Origin: Phycisphaerales bacterium
Lineage (GTDB): Bacteria; Planctomycetota; Phycisphaerae; Phycisphaerales; UBA1924
Direction of reading: 5' to 3'
Assembly: GCA_965227775.1 (NCBI GenBank)
Contig: OZ245777.1
Location: 3,008,001-3,072,000, forward strand
DNA: 64,000 nucleotides
A program made the translations under genes and the position numbers. How positions within the stretch are numbered: the stretch's first letter is position 1; each line of letters starts with the position of its first letter. Positions 38,764 to 47,638 of the stretch are shown in pieces. Under the pieces are notes generated by a model that did no database searches, was not told the DNA's origin, and saw only the letters and a program-made list of their open reading frames with translations.

Positions 38764-40166
38764 CGCGGGCCGCGGAGCTTCGGTCCCTTGCCCGTGCCGT
38801 CCTGGCCGCCGAGGAAGCCTGCGTAGTTGCGCATCAGCAGGTTGGCCTCGATGCGCTGGACGAAGTCGAGGATCACCGCGACGACGATGAGCAAGCCCGT
38901 GCCGCCCAAGAACTGGGTGACATGGAACGGCACGCCCATGGCCACGCTCACCAGCATCGGCAGCACCGCGATGACCGCCAGGAACGCGCCGCCGACATAG
39001 GTCAGCCGTTCCATGACCGCCTCAAGGTATTCGGCCGTTCTTGGGCCGGGACGCAGGCCCGGTATAAACGAGCCGTGGTCTCGCATCTGCTTGCTGATCT
39101 CTTCAGGGTTGAACTGGATCGTGATCCAGAAGTAGCTGAAGAAGTACACCATAACCACGTGCAGCATGATGTATGGGAACTGGCCATAGTTGAGCGCGTC
39201 ACCGAACCAGTTCGACAGCGTGAACAGGATTCCGCCGCTCTGTTGGGTGGCCTCAGAGATGCCACTGAAGACAACCGACGGGAAGATCATCAGCGAGCTG
39301 GCGAAGATGATCGGCATCACGCCGCCGTGGTTCACGCGGAGCGGCAAGTAACTGCGCTGCCCGCCATACGTGCGGCGGCCGCGGGTGTGCTTGGCTTGTT
39401 GGATCGGGATGCGCCGCTGGGCCACGGTCATGAGCACCGAGCCCGCGACGACGCCGACGAACCCACCGACCAGCAGGATGACGCCCATCCAGTTCAGGCC
39501 ATCGGGGGCCTGCGGGTTGAAGTTGGCGACGACCCAGTTCACCGCCATTGGCATGCCGGCCAGGATGCTGGCCATGATGATCATGGACATGCCGTTGCCG
39601 ATGCCGTGACGGTCGATCTGCTCACCCAGCCACATGAGGAACACGGTGCCCGCGGTCAGAACAGTCACGCCCATGACCCACCACAGGGGGCTCTGGCGCC
39701 ACTGGCCGTAGACGATCATCTCGCCGCCCGGGCCGGCCTGCTGCGCGATGTAGTAGAGCCAGCCGATGGCCTGCACGATGCAGAGACCAACGGTCGCGTA
39801 CCGGGTCCACTCCTGGATCTTCTGCTGGCCGGTCGGGCCCTCTTCCTTGAGCGCCTTCAGGCTGGGCAGAACCGAGCCCAGGAGCTGGAAGATAATGGCC
39901 GCCGAGATGTACGGCATGATGCCGAGGCCGAAGATCGTCGACTGGGAGAGCGACCCGCCGCTGAACACCGACATGAAGCTCATCGCGCGGCCGAGCGCGC
40001 CGCCGGCCTCCTGCTGGAGCTCGGCGGACAGCTTGAGCGCTTCTTGGTTTACGCCCGGCAGGGGAATCCACATGCCAATGCGATAGACGGCGAGCATGCC
40101 CAGGGTGAAGAGCACCTTGGTGCGCAGCTCGGCAATTCGGAACACGTTGAACAGGGCCTGGATCAT
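38760..40166 (-). CDS. secY: Preprotein translocase SecY
   Basis: GIMPYISAAII, WLGEQI..GIGNG, GVMPIIFASS, FIPGLRPG, GGTGLLIVV. Confidence 0.98.
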   Translation of the reverse strand: MIQALFNVFRIAELRTKVLFTLGMLAVYRIGMWIPLPGVNQEALKLSAELQQEAGGALGRAMSFMSVFSGGSLSQSTIFGLGIMPYISAAIIFQLLGSVLPSLKALKEEGPTGQQKIQEWTRYATVGLCIVQAIGWLYYIAQQAGPGGEMIVYGQWRQSPLWWVMGVTVLTAGTVFLMWLGEQIDRHGIGNGMSMIIMASILAGMPMAVNWVVANFNPQAPDGLNWMGVILLVGGFVGVVAGSVLMTVAQRRIPIQQAKHTRGRRTYGGQRSYLPLRVNHGGVMPIIFASSLMIFPSVVFSGISEATQQSGGILFTLSNWFGDALNYGQFPYIMLHVVMVYFFSYFWITIQFNPEEISKQMRDHGSFIPGLRPGPRTAEYLEAVMERLTYVGGAFLAVIAVLPMLVSVAMGVPFHVTQFLGGTGLLIVVAVILDFVQRIEANLLMRNYAGFLGGQDGTGKGPKLRGPR

Positions 40167-40245
40167 CGATCCTCCGCCGGCTTCCAGCAGCCGGCCCCAT
40201 CATAAGCCGGCCGCGCGGCCGGCCAAAGGGGGACGGCCCGAAGCG

Positions 40246-40827
40246 TTACTTCTTGGCCTTGGCCGCCTGTCGGCGCTCAAGATTCGGGCGCCGCAGCTTC
40301 TTGGTCAGATTCTTCGGGGTCTTGTCATCGCTGTTGCGATCGATGCCGCGGACGCGATCGCGGCGCGTGCCGCTCTCGTTCACGCTGCCGCCGGCGTCCT
40401 CGATGATCTTGCGGGCCGAGCCGCTGACACGGCTTACGTTGACTGTCAGCTTGGTCTTCAGCCCGCCCTCGGGAACGTTGCCCAGGACCTTGACATCGCG
40501 GCTGGTGTCACGGATCAGACCGGCATCGATCAGCGACTGCGCGTTGACCTCGCCACCCTTGCTGAAGTTCTCGTGCTCGACGATGTCCTTGATGTTAACG
40601 ATCCAGAACAGCGTCTTGAACTTGACGTTCGTGAAGCCGAACTTGGGCATCGTGCGGAACATCGGCATCTGCCCGCCCTCGAACTGGTGGAGGGTCGAGT
40701 GGCCGCGACGGCTGCCGGCGCCCTTCTGACCTCGGCCAGCACGCTTGCCGCCGCTGCCCTGGCCGCGCCCGACGCGCTTGCGCTGCTTGTAGCGACCCGC
40801 TTGGGACGTGATCTCGTGGATCATCAT
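40246..40827 (-). CDS. rplO: 50S ribosomal protein L15
   Basis: RVGRGQGSG, GRGQKGAGSR, FEGGQMP..PKFGF, VKVLG. Confidence 0.96.
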   Translation of the reverse strand: MMIHEITSQAGRYKQRKRVGRGQGSGGKRAGRGQKGAGSRRGHSTLHQFEGGQMPMFRTMPKFGFTNVKFKTLFWIVNIKDIVEHENFSKGGEVNAQSLIDAGLIRDTSRDVKVLGNVPEGGLKTKLTVNVSRVSGSARKIIEDAGGSVNESGTRRDRVRGIDRNSDDKTPKNLTKKLRRPNLERRQAAKAKK

Positions 40828-40875
40828 GGCTTCAAAACTCCCTGGCCCGCCTAAGGCGAGGCCCGTCGAGATCAA

Positions 40876-41481
40876 TCAGTTATCGCTTGCCTTGTCGGCG
40901 TCGTCGGACGACTCGGCGGCCGCTTCGGTGCTCGCACCGATGCCGGCGCCCGTCAGCGCCTTGGCTCGCTCGATGCGCTGCTGGATGACGGAATCACCCA
41001 GTTCCACACCACGGGCCGCGGCGACATCTTCGGTGAGCCGCATCTTGGCGAGCCCGTCGATGACGGCCTTCACCACATTCAGTTTGTTGCCCGAGCCGAT
41101 GCTCTTGGTGATGCAGTCGCTGTAGCCGGCCATCTCGAGCACGGCGCGAACGGTGGCGCCGGCCACGATGCCCGTACCGGGCGTGGCCGGAATGAGGCGG
41201 ATGGTGGAAGCCGAGAAGTTCGTCTCGACCTCATGCGGCACGGTGGTGCCGAGGCGCTTCACGCTCACCATGCTGCGGCGAGCCTTACGCTGGGCCTTCT
41301 CGATGGCCACGGGCACTTCGGTGCTCTTCGCGTAGCCGTAGCCCACCTTGCCCTGGCGATCGCCCACGACCACGAGCGCTCCAAAGCTGAAGCGGCGGCC
41401 ACCCTTCACCGTTGCGGCGGTGCGGTAGATGTTGACCGTGGTCGATTCGATCTGCCCGGCTTCGTCGATCATCTCAGGCAT
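40876..41481 (-). CDS. rpsE: 30S ribosomal protein S5
   Basis: VKGGRRFSFGALVVVGD, PATPGTGIVAG. Confidence 0.97.
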   Translation of the reverse strand: MPEMIDEAGQIESTTVNIYRTAATVKGGRRFSFGALVVVGDRQGKVGYGYAKSTEVPVAIEKAQRKARRSMVSVKRLGTTVPHEVETNFSASTIRLIPATPGTGIVAGATVRAVLEMAGYSDCITKSIGSGNKLNVVKAVIDGLAKMRLTEDVAAARGVELGDSVIQQRIERAKALTGAGIGASTEAAAESSDDADKASDN

Positions 41482-41536
41482 TGAGCGCCCTCGTTTCCAT
41501 ATCCGCGGGGCGGCTCGCACGAGCGCCCCGAATTCT

Positions 41537-41899
41537 TCAGAACTTCAATCCGCCCTCGCGGGCCGCGTCGGCCAGCGCCTTCACACGCCCGTGGTAGCGG
41601 AACCCGCCACGGTCGAAGACCACCTTCTCGACGCCCTTAGCCTTAGCACGCTCGGCGATGAGCTTGCCCACGGCCTTGGCGGCTTCGGCGTTGCCCGTGC
41701 CGTCACCCTTGAATCCCTTGTCCATCGTCGAGGCGGCGCAGATGGTCGTGCCGTCCAAGTCGTTGACGACCTGGGCGTACACGTGCCGCAGCGAGCGGTA
41801 GATGCTCAGACGCGGGATGTCACCCGTGCCCGAGACGCGCTTGCGGATGCCGATGCGGCGGCGGGTGCGGCGTGCTTGCTTTGCTTGCTGCCTGTCCAT
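41537..41899 (-). CDS. rplR: 50S ribosomal protein L18
   Basis: [33 protein letters not shown]. Confidence 0.97.
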   Translation of the reverse strand: MDRQQAKQARRTRRRIGIRKRVSGTGDIPRLSIYRSLRHVYAQVVNDLDGTTICAASTMDKGFKGDGTGNAEAAKAVGKLIAERAKAKGVEKVVFDRGGFRYHGRVKALADAAREGGLKF

Positions 41900-41987
41900 T
41901 GCGTCAGAACCTCAAAAAGAACCGAAACACCTGTCGAGAACCGCGACCAGCCAGCACACACGAGCGGGCCGGCAGAGCCACCGGGCA

Positions 41988-42539
41988 TCACGCGCCGGCG
42001 GTCTTGCCCTCCTTGCGGATGATCGTCTCGTCGCTGTACTTGATGCCCTTGCCATTGTACGGCTCGGGCTTGCGGACCGCACGCACCTCGGCGGCAAACT
42101 GACCCACCGACTGCTTGTCGTAGCCGGTCACCGTCACGGTTTGCTTCTCCACCTTCACGTCCACGCCCTGGGGGATGGTTTTGAAGATCGGGTTGGCAAA
42201 GCCGACGATCAGCTTCAGGCGGTTGCCTTCGACCGTCGCGGTGTAACCCACGCCCTGAACCTCGAGCACCTTGGTGTAGCCCTGGCTGACACCGTGGATG
42301 TTGTTCTCGACGATCGAGCGGCTGGTGCCCCACAGGCTCTTGGCCCGGCGGTCACCCTCTTTGCCCTCGGGCACTGCGAGCGACAGCGTCTGCTCGCCCT
42401 CGTCCCACGCGACGCTCACCAGCGGGTGCACCTCATGCGAGAGCGACCCCTTGGATCCCTCGACGCGCACGGTCTGACCGTCGACGTTCACCTTGACGCC
42501 CTTGGGCACGGAGATGGGCTTCTTGCCGATGCGTGACAT
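41988..42539 (-). CDS. rplF: 50S ribosomal protein L6
   Basis: MSRIGKKPI, RKPEPYNGKGIKY. Confidence 0.97.
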   Translation of the reverse strand: MSRIGKKPISVPKGVKVNVDGQTVRVEGSKGSLSHEVHPLVSVAWDEGEQTLSLAVPEGKEGDRRAKSLWGTSRSIVENNIHGVSQGYTKVLEVQGVGYTATVEGNRLKLIVGFANPIFKTIPQGVDVKVEKQTVTVTGYDKQSVGQFAAEVRAVRKPEPYNGKGIKYSDETIIRKEGKTAGA

Positions 42540-42595
42540 TGCGAATCAACCTCCTCGGCTCACCGGGTCGCCGGCGGCCGGACTTTGCCCTTGGC

Positions 42596-42994
42596 TTACT
42601 GGACCACCGCCAGCAGTTCGCCGCCCACGCGCTCGTTGCGGCACTTGCGATCGCTCATCACGCCCCGGCTGGTCGACACGACCGCGATGCCCATGCCCTG
42701 CAGCGGGCGGGGCAGGTCGTCGACGCCGTTGTAGACGCGACGGCCCGGCTTGCTGACGCGCGTCAGCGACGCAATCAGCGGCTCGCCGGCAGCCCCATAA
42801 CGGAGCGACACCCGAAGGATGCCCTGGCGCCCATCTTCAACCACTTCGAAGCCCTCGACATAGCCCTCGTCCTGGAGGACCTGGGCGACGCCGCGGCACA
42901 CCTTGCTGTTCAGGCAGTCCACCTTGCGGCTGCGGTTGCGCAGCCCGTTGCGGATCCGCGTGAGCATGTCCGAGATCGGATCGTTGACCGACAT
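42596..42994 (-). CDS. rpsH: 30S ribosomal protein S8
   Basis: DPISDMLTRIRN, SKPGRRVY, STSRGVM, GGELL. Confidence 0.97.
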   Translation of the reverse strand: MSVNDPISDMLTRIRNGLRNRSRKVDCLNSKVCRGVAQVLQDEGYVEGFEVVEDGRQGILRVSLRYGAAGEPLIASLTRVSKPGRRVYNGVDDLPRPLQGMGIAVVSTSRGVMSDRKCRNERVGGELLAVVQ

Positions 42995-43113
42995 CGTTTC
43001 CGATGACCTCCTGCCCGGCCCCACGGGGCTCGAGCCTTACCTGACCGCCGTTCGTGCCCGTGTCTCGGGCCGGCGCGTGTGCCTGACGAAAGAGCCTCTG
43101 CCGCCCTCGATAT

Positions 43114-43299
43114 CTACCAACTTGCCTTACGCATGCCCGGAATCTTGCCCTCGTGGGCCAGCTTGCGGAGCATGATGCGGCTGATGCGGAACTTGCGGTA
43201 CACCCCGCGAGACCGCCCGGTCAGCTCGCACCGACGCACGGTGCGCGTCGAGTACTTGGGCGTCTTGTTGCTCTTTGCGATCTGTGCCTTGGTCGCCAT
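43114..43299 (-). CDS. rpsN: 30S ribosomal protein S14 (short 61-aa form lacking 3 of 4 Cys)
   Basis: [39 protein letters not shown]; canonical spc position. Confidence 0.96.
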   Translation of the reverse strand: MATKAQIAKSNKTPKYSTRTVRRCELTGRSRGVYRKFRISRIMLRKLAHEGKIPGMRKASW

Positions 43300-43355
43300 A
43301 CTTCTGCTTCACTCCCGGCGGCCCTAAGCGGCCACCTTGGTGGTTTCAATCTCTC

Positions 43356-44000
43356 TCAGCTGGCCTTCTTCTTCGGCGCGGCGGGCTTGCGGAACGGCAT
43401 GCCCAGGCTCTCGAGCACGGCCCTGCTCTTGGCCTTGTCCGAGTTGCGGAAGACGAAGTTGATGTTCATGCCGTGCGTGAACGTCACGTTGGCCATGTTG
43501 ATTTCCGGGAACACGCCCTGCTCGTTCAGGCCCAACGAGTAGTTGCCGGCCTTGTCAAAGGATGTATCCGAGACGCCCCGAAAGTCCTTGATACGAGGGG
43601 TGGCCAGGTTGATGAACCGGTCGAGGAAGTCCCACATGCGATCGCCACGCATCGTGACCATCGCCGAGGTCTCCATGCCCTCGCGCACCTTGAAATTCGA
43701 GACGCTCTTCTTGGCCTTGACCACCACGGGCTTCTGGCCGGTGATCTGCGTGAGCGTATCGACGACCGTGGCGCGGATGTTCGGCGGCAGCTTCGGGCCG
43801 TCGAGGAAGCGCCCCATGTTGACGTTGATCACGATGCGATCGAGCACCGGCATGGCCATCGGGTTGGTCACGCCGAATTGCTTGGTTACCTCGGCCCGTG
43901 CCTCATCGAGGTAGCGCTTGCGCAGGCGCTGCATCCCCTCGCGGGGTGCGGCGGCCGCCTGAGTGGCGGGGTCGTCCTGGTTGGGCTTGTTCTTGGCCAT
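43356..44000 (-). CDS. rplE: 50S ribosomal protein L5
   Basis: ITGQKPVVVKAKKSVSNFKVREG, PRIKDFRG, GNYSLG. Confidence 0.97.
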   Translation of the reverse strand: MAKNKPNQDDPATQAAAAPREGMQRLRKRYLDEARAEVTKQFGVTNPMAMPVLDRIVINVNMGRFLDGPKLPPNIRATVVDTLTQITGQKPVVVKAKKSVSNFKVREGMETSAMVTMRGDRMWDFLDRFINLATPRIKDFRGVSDTSFDKAGNYSLGLNEQGVFPEINMANVTFTHGMNINFVFRNSDKAKSRAVLESLGMPFRKPAAPKKKAS

Positions 44001-44031
44001 CTCGTATCAGTCCTTCCGAAGAACCGCTGGG

Positions 44032-44391
44032 TTACAGGGTGTCCTTGCTTGCCGACTCGCCGCCCTTGCGCCGCGCCTCGACGGCGAGTACCTTGCCGCC
44101 GCGGACCGCCACGCGCTGCTTCTTGCCATTGCCATCCGACGGGAAGCGGACACGCGTGGGCTTGCCGTCCACCACCGGGCTGACGTTGGAGATGTGGAAG
44201 GGAGCTTCCTTGGTGACGCGGCCTCCCTCTGGGTTGATGCGAGTAGGCTTGACGTTGCGGGTGCGCAGGTTCAGGCCCTTCACGTACACGCGGTCGCGAG
44301 CCGTGTCGATGCGCATCACCTCGCCCGTGCGGCCCTTGTGGTCGCCGCTGGTCACGATCACGTTGTCACCCTTGCGGATATGCCGGGCCAT
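44032..44391 (-). CDS. rplX: 50S ribosomal protein L24
   Basis: IRKGDNVIVTSGDHKG KOW motif, EAPFHISNV. Confidence 0.95.
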   Translation of the reverse strand: MARHIRKGDNVIVTSGDHKGRTGEVMRIDTARDRVYVKGLNLRTRNVKPTRINPEGGRVTKEAPFHISNVSPVVDGKPTRVRFPSDGNGKKQRVAVRGGKVLAVEARRKGGESASKDTL

Positions 44392-44777
44392 CACACCACC
44401 TCCGGAGCGAGCGAGACGATCTTCATGTAGTTCTTCTCGCGAAGCTCGCGAGCCACCGGCCCGAAGATGCGCGTGCCGCGGGGGTTTCCATCGGGGTTGA
44501 TGAGCACCACGGCGTTGCTGTCGAACTTCACGTACGAGCCATCGGCGCGACGCGTGTTGCGGGCCGTGCGAACGACGACCGCCTTGGACATATCGCCGGG
44601 CTTGATGTCAGCGCCGGGCAAGGCCTTCTTGACCGAGATGAGCACGCGATCGCCAACGCCGGCCGCCGGGCGGGTGTTGTTGCCGCTGGCGCTCGTCCGG
44701 CCGTAGACGCGGATGACGTAGGCCACCTTGGCCCCCGAGTTGTCCGCGACTTCGCATCGTGATTCTTGCTGAAGCAT
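44391..44777 (-). CDS. rplN: 50S ribosomal protein L14
   Basis: [35 protein letters not shown]. Confidence 0.97.
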   Translation of the reverse strand: MLQQESRCEVADNSGAKVAYVIRVYGRTSASGNNTRPAAGVGDRVLISVKKALPGADIKPGDMSKAVVVRTARNTRRADGSYVKFDSNAVVLINPDGNPRGTRIFGPVARELREKNYMKIVSLAPEVV

Positions 44778-44863
44778 GGCTTGCTACTTCCTACGTGCCC
44801 TGTTCTGCCGGGCGTGCGAGACTCGATTCCGACCCTCTTCCATCCGCTAACGGCTCGGGCGAC

Positions 44864-45148
44864 TCAGCCCTTGGAATGCTCCAACACGCGGGCGAGCTTC
44901 CACGACTTGGTCTTGCTCATGGGCCGGCACGGCACCACCTCGACGCGATCGCCAACCTGGGCCTGGTTGCCCTCGTCGTGGGCGTGCAGGATGGTCCGTC
45001 GGCGGACGTACTTGCCGTACTTGGGGTGCTTGGCCACGTAGCTCACGACGACCTTGATGGTCTTGTCGCGGCCGGCGGTCGTCACCTCGCCTACGCGGGC
45101 GCCCTTGGCCTTGTCAGTCTGCGTCGTGGTGGCGGTGTTGTCGCTCAT
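44864..45148 (-). CDS. rpsQ: 30S ribosomal protein S17
   Basis: DKTIKV, HPKYGK, AHDE, CRPMSKTKSW. Confidence 0.97.
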   Translation of the reverse strand: MSDNTATTTQTDKAKGARVGEVTTAGRDKTIKVVVSYVAKHPKYGKYVRRRTILHAHDEGNQAQVGDRVEVVPCRPMSKTKSWKLARVLEHSKG

Positions 45149-45199
45149 GCGTGTACGTTCTCTTCTTGTCGGTGTGCCCGAACCGCGATTCGATCCTGC

Positions 45200-45403
45200 T
45201 TAGCCGGCCTGCTTTGCGAGCTGCCTGGCCGAACGCTCGGTCATCAGGCGTGCGATGTCCTTGCGGGTCTTGGAGAACTCGCTGTTGTCCTCGACCTTCT
45301 CGGTGGCCGCCTGCACGCGCAGCTGGAACAAACGCTTGCGCAGCCGGACGAGCTCGGCCTGGATCTCGTTGTTGTCGAGCTTGCGAACTTCTTCGCCGGT
45401 CAT
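45200..45403 (-). CDS. rpmC: 50S ribosomal protein L29
   Basis: LFQLRVQ, RKDIARLMT; position between rplP and rpsQ. Confidence 0.92.
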   Translation of the reverse strand: MTGEEVRKLDNNEIQAELVRLRKRLFQLRVQAATEKVEDNSEFSKTRKDIARLMTERSARQLAKQAG

Positions 45404-45468
45404 GACGCCTTCTCCAACACCCGCGCCTCGGCGGGCCACAATTCGTTCGTTTCTCGGCACAGTGCCTC

Positions 45469-45897
45469 TTAGCCCACCGTGGTCCGTCGCTTGACGAATC
45501 GGCAACGGATGGGCATCTTCATGGCCATGCGCTTCATCGCTTCGCGAGCCATCTCCTCGGGCACGCCGGCCAGCTCGTAGAGCATGGTGCCCGGGCGGAC
45601 GCGCGCCGCCCAGTAGTCCACGTCGGCCTTGCCCTTACCCATGCGCTGCTCAAGGGGCTTCTTGCTGACGGGCTTGTCGGGGAACACGCGGATGAACAGC
45701 TTGCCCTGACGCTTGAGGTAGTGCGTCGACGCGATGCGGCCCGCTTCAATCTGATTGCTCTTGAGCCAGCAACCTTCGAGAGCCTGAAGCCCATAGTCGC
45801 CAAACGCGACGTAGTTTCCCTTGGTCGCCTTGCGATCGCGAACGCGGCGGAACTCCTTGCGGAACTTCACTCGCTTTGGGATCTTGTACGGTGGCAT
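45469..45897 (-). CDS. rplP: 50S ribosomal protein L16
   Basis: PKRVKFRK, QIEAGR, RVFPDKPVSKKP..RMGKGK. Confidence 0.97.
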   Translation of the reverse strand: MPPYKIPKRVKFRKEFRRVRDRKATKGNYVAFGDYGLQALEGCWLKSNQIEAGRIASTHYLKRQGKLFIRVFPDKPVSKKPLEQRMGKGKADVDYWAARVRPGTMLYELAGVPEEMAREAMKRMAMKMPIRCRFVKRRTTVG

Positions 45898-45960
45898 CGA
45901 TCAAACCCTTCCTGGCGGCCGTCGAACGCTTCGAGCGGCCGAGTGTTCCTGCGTCCCTTT

Positions 45961-46668
45961 TTACCTGCGACCCCGGCTGCGAACACGAGCGCCCGCGGCC
46001 TTTGAGGTTGTCTCCTCGTCCTGGGCCTCGTACTCGCCCTTGTAGATCCACACCTTCACGCCGATGCGACCGGCGGTAGTGCGGGCCTCTTCGAAGCCGT
46101 AGTCGATGTTCGCCTGCAGCGTCGAGAGCGGCAGTGCACCCAGACGCACGTCGAGGCGGCGGCTCATCTCGGCGCCACCCAGGCGGCCCGAGATCTGGAT
46201 CTTCACGCCCTTGGCGCCGTTCTGCATCACGCTCTCGGCACGCATCTTCACAACGCGACGGAAGCTGCTGCGGCGGCTGAGCTGCTCGGCCACGTTGGCG
46301 GCCACGAGCTGTGCGCTCATGTCGGGGTTCTTGATCTCGATGATCTTGATCGAGACCTTGCGGCCGGTCATCAGCTGCAACTCTTCGGTCATGCGCTCGA
46401 CTTCGGCACCCTTGGGGCCGATCACCACGCCCGGGCGAGCTGTGCGGATGAGCACAACGAGCTCCTCACGGGTACGCTCGATCTCAACGCTCGCAACGGC
46501 GGCGTGCGGACGGCCGGGGTTGCGGTTGAGCCGCTTATCGAGATACTCGCGGATCTTCTGGTCTTCGACGAGCAGCTCGCCGTAGATGGCCTTGGGCGCG
46601 TACCAGCGGCTGCGGTGGGCTTCGGTGACTCCCAGGCGGAAGCCGAAGGGGTGGATCTTCTGTCCCAT
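45961..46668 (-). CDS. rpsC: 30S ribosomal protein S3
   Basis: MGQKIHPFGFRLG, ARPGVVIG, SGRLGGAEM, GVKVWIY. Confidence 0.98.
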   Translation of the reverse strand: MGQKIHPFGFRLGVTEAHRSRWYAPKAIYGELLVEDQKIREYLDKRLNRNPGRPHAAVASVEIERTREELVVLIRTARPGVVIGPKGAEVERMTEELQLMTGRKVSIKIIEIKNPDMSAQLVAANVAEQLSRRSSFRRVVKMRAESVMQNGAKGVKIQISGRLGGAEMSRRLDVRLGALPLSTLQANIDYGFEEARTTAGRIGVKVWIYKGEYEAQDEETTSKAAGARVRSRGRR

Positions 46669-47213
46669 TACGCTCGCTCCTGGACGCCCACGGTGATGTG
46701 GCTGGTCTGCTTGATGATGGGGTGGGCCCGGCCACGGTCCTTGGGGCGGAACCGCTTGATCTGCGGGCCCTCATCGACGCGGCTCTCGACCACGAACAGC
46801 TCGGTCACGTCCGCGTCGGCCTGCTCGGCGTCGGCGATGGCCGCGTTGAGGGCCTTGGACATGTTGTCTGAGGCGCGCTTCTGGCTGAAGTTCAGCAGGT
46901 TGAGCGCTTCGTCCACCGACTTGCCGCGGATGAGGTCGGCAACCAGCCGGGCCTTCTGCGTGCTGCCGCGGTGGAAACGGACCTCGCTGACGAACCGGGC
47001 GATGTCCCGCGGCTCGGCGTTGACCACGCGGGCCAGGGCACGGATGTGCGCCGCCTTGCACGTGGGCTTCGGGCGACCGGCGAGCCAGTTGCGCACCGCG
47101 CTCTCGGCCTTGGCGCCCGGAAGTCCGAGCGGGCGGACGGCCTCGGCGAGGGCCTCGACATTGGCGCCGGCCTCGTCGGCAAACTTCTTGAGTTGATCGC
47201 TACGCAGTCTCAC
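46668..47213 (-). CDS. rplV: 50S ribosomal protein L22 with N-terminal HTH-like domain
   Basis: Core KARLVADLIRGK..VDEGP..KRFRPKDRGRA..SHITV; ~70-aa N-terminal extension with GGAG RBS before GTG47213. Confidence 0.93.
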   Translation of the reverse strand: MRLRSDQLKKFADEAGANVEALAEAVRPLGLPGAKAESAVRNWLAGRPKPTCKAAHIRALARVVNAEPRDIARFVSEVRFHRGSTQKARLVADLIRGKSVDEALNLLNFSQKRASDNMSKALNAAIADAEQADADVTELFVVESRVDEGPQIKRFRPKDRGRAHPIIKQTSHITVGVQERA

Positions 47214-47293
47214 CGATGGATCTCCGAAGTCGTCCGTTTCCTATTACGCATCGAATCGAAAAGTCTCGAATCCGCTTCTAACTCAAGCTGGGC

Positions 47294-47578
47294 CTACTTG
47301 CCCGACTTGATGCCTTCCTTCTTGTTCGTGTGGCCACGGAAGGTACGAGTCAGCGAGAACTCGCCGAGCTTGTGGCCCACCATGTCCTCGGTCACGAACA
47401 CCTCCAGGAACGCACGCCCGTTGTGCACCTGGAACGTGTGGCCCACGAACTCGGGCACGATCGTGCTCCGGCGGGCCCAGGTCTTGATGGGCTCGCGCTC
47501 GCCCGACTCCTGCTGCTTCATCACTTTCGTGTACAGCTTCTCGTCGACGAACGGACCCTTCTTGAGGCTACGACCCAT
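47294..47578 (-). CDS. rpsS: 30S ribosomal protein S19
   Basis: [23 protein letters not shown]. Confidence 0.98.
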   Translation of the reverse strand: MGRSLKKGPFVDEKLYTKVMKQQESGEREPIKTWARRSTIVPEFVGHTFQVHNGRAFLEVFVTEDMVGHKLGEFSLTRTFRGHTNKKEGIKSGK

Positions 47579-47638
47579 GCTTCACGCTCCTGACAGTGCT
47601 TCCAACGCTTGCTCGAACCACTTGTGCCTCGACCACAC

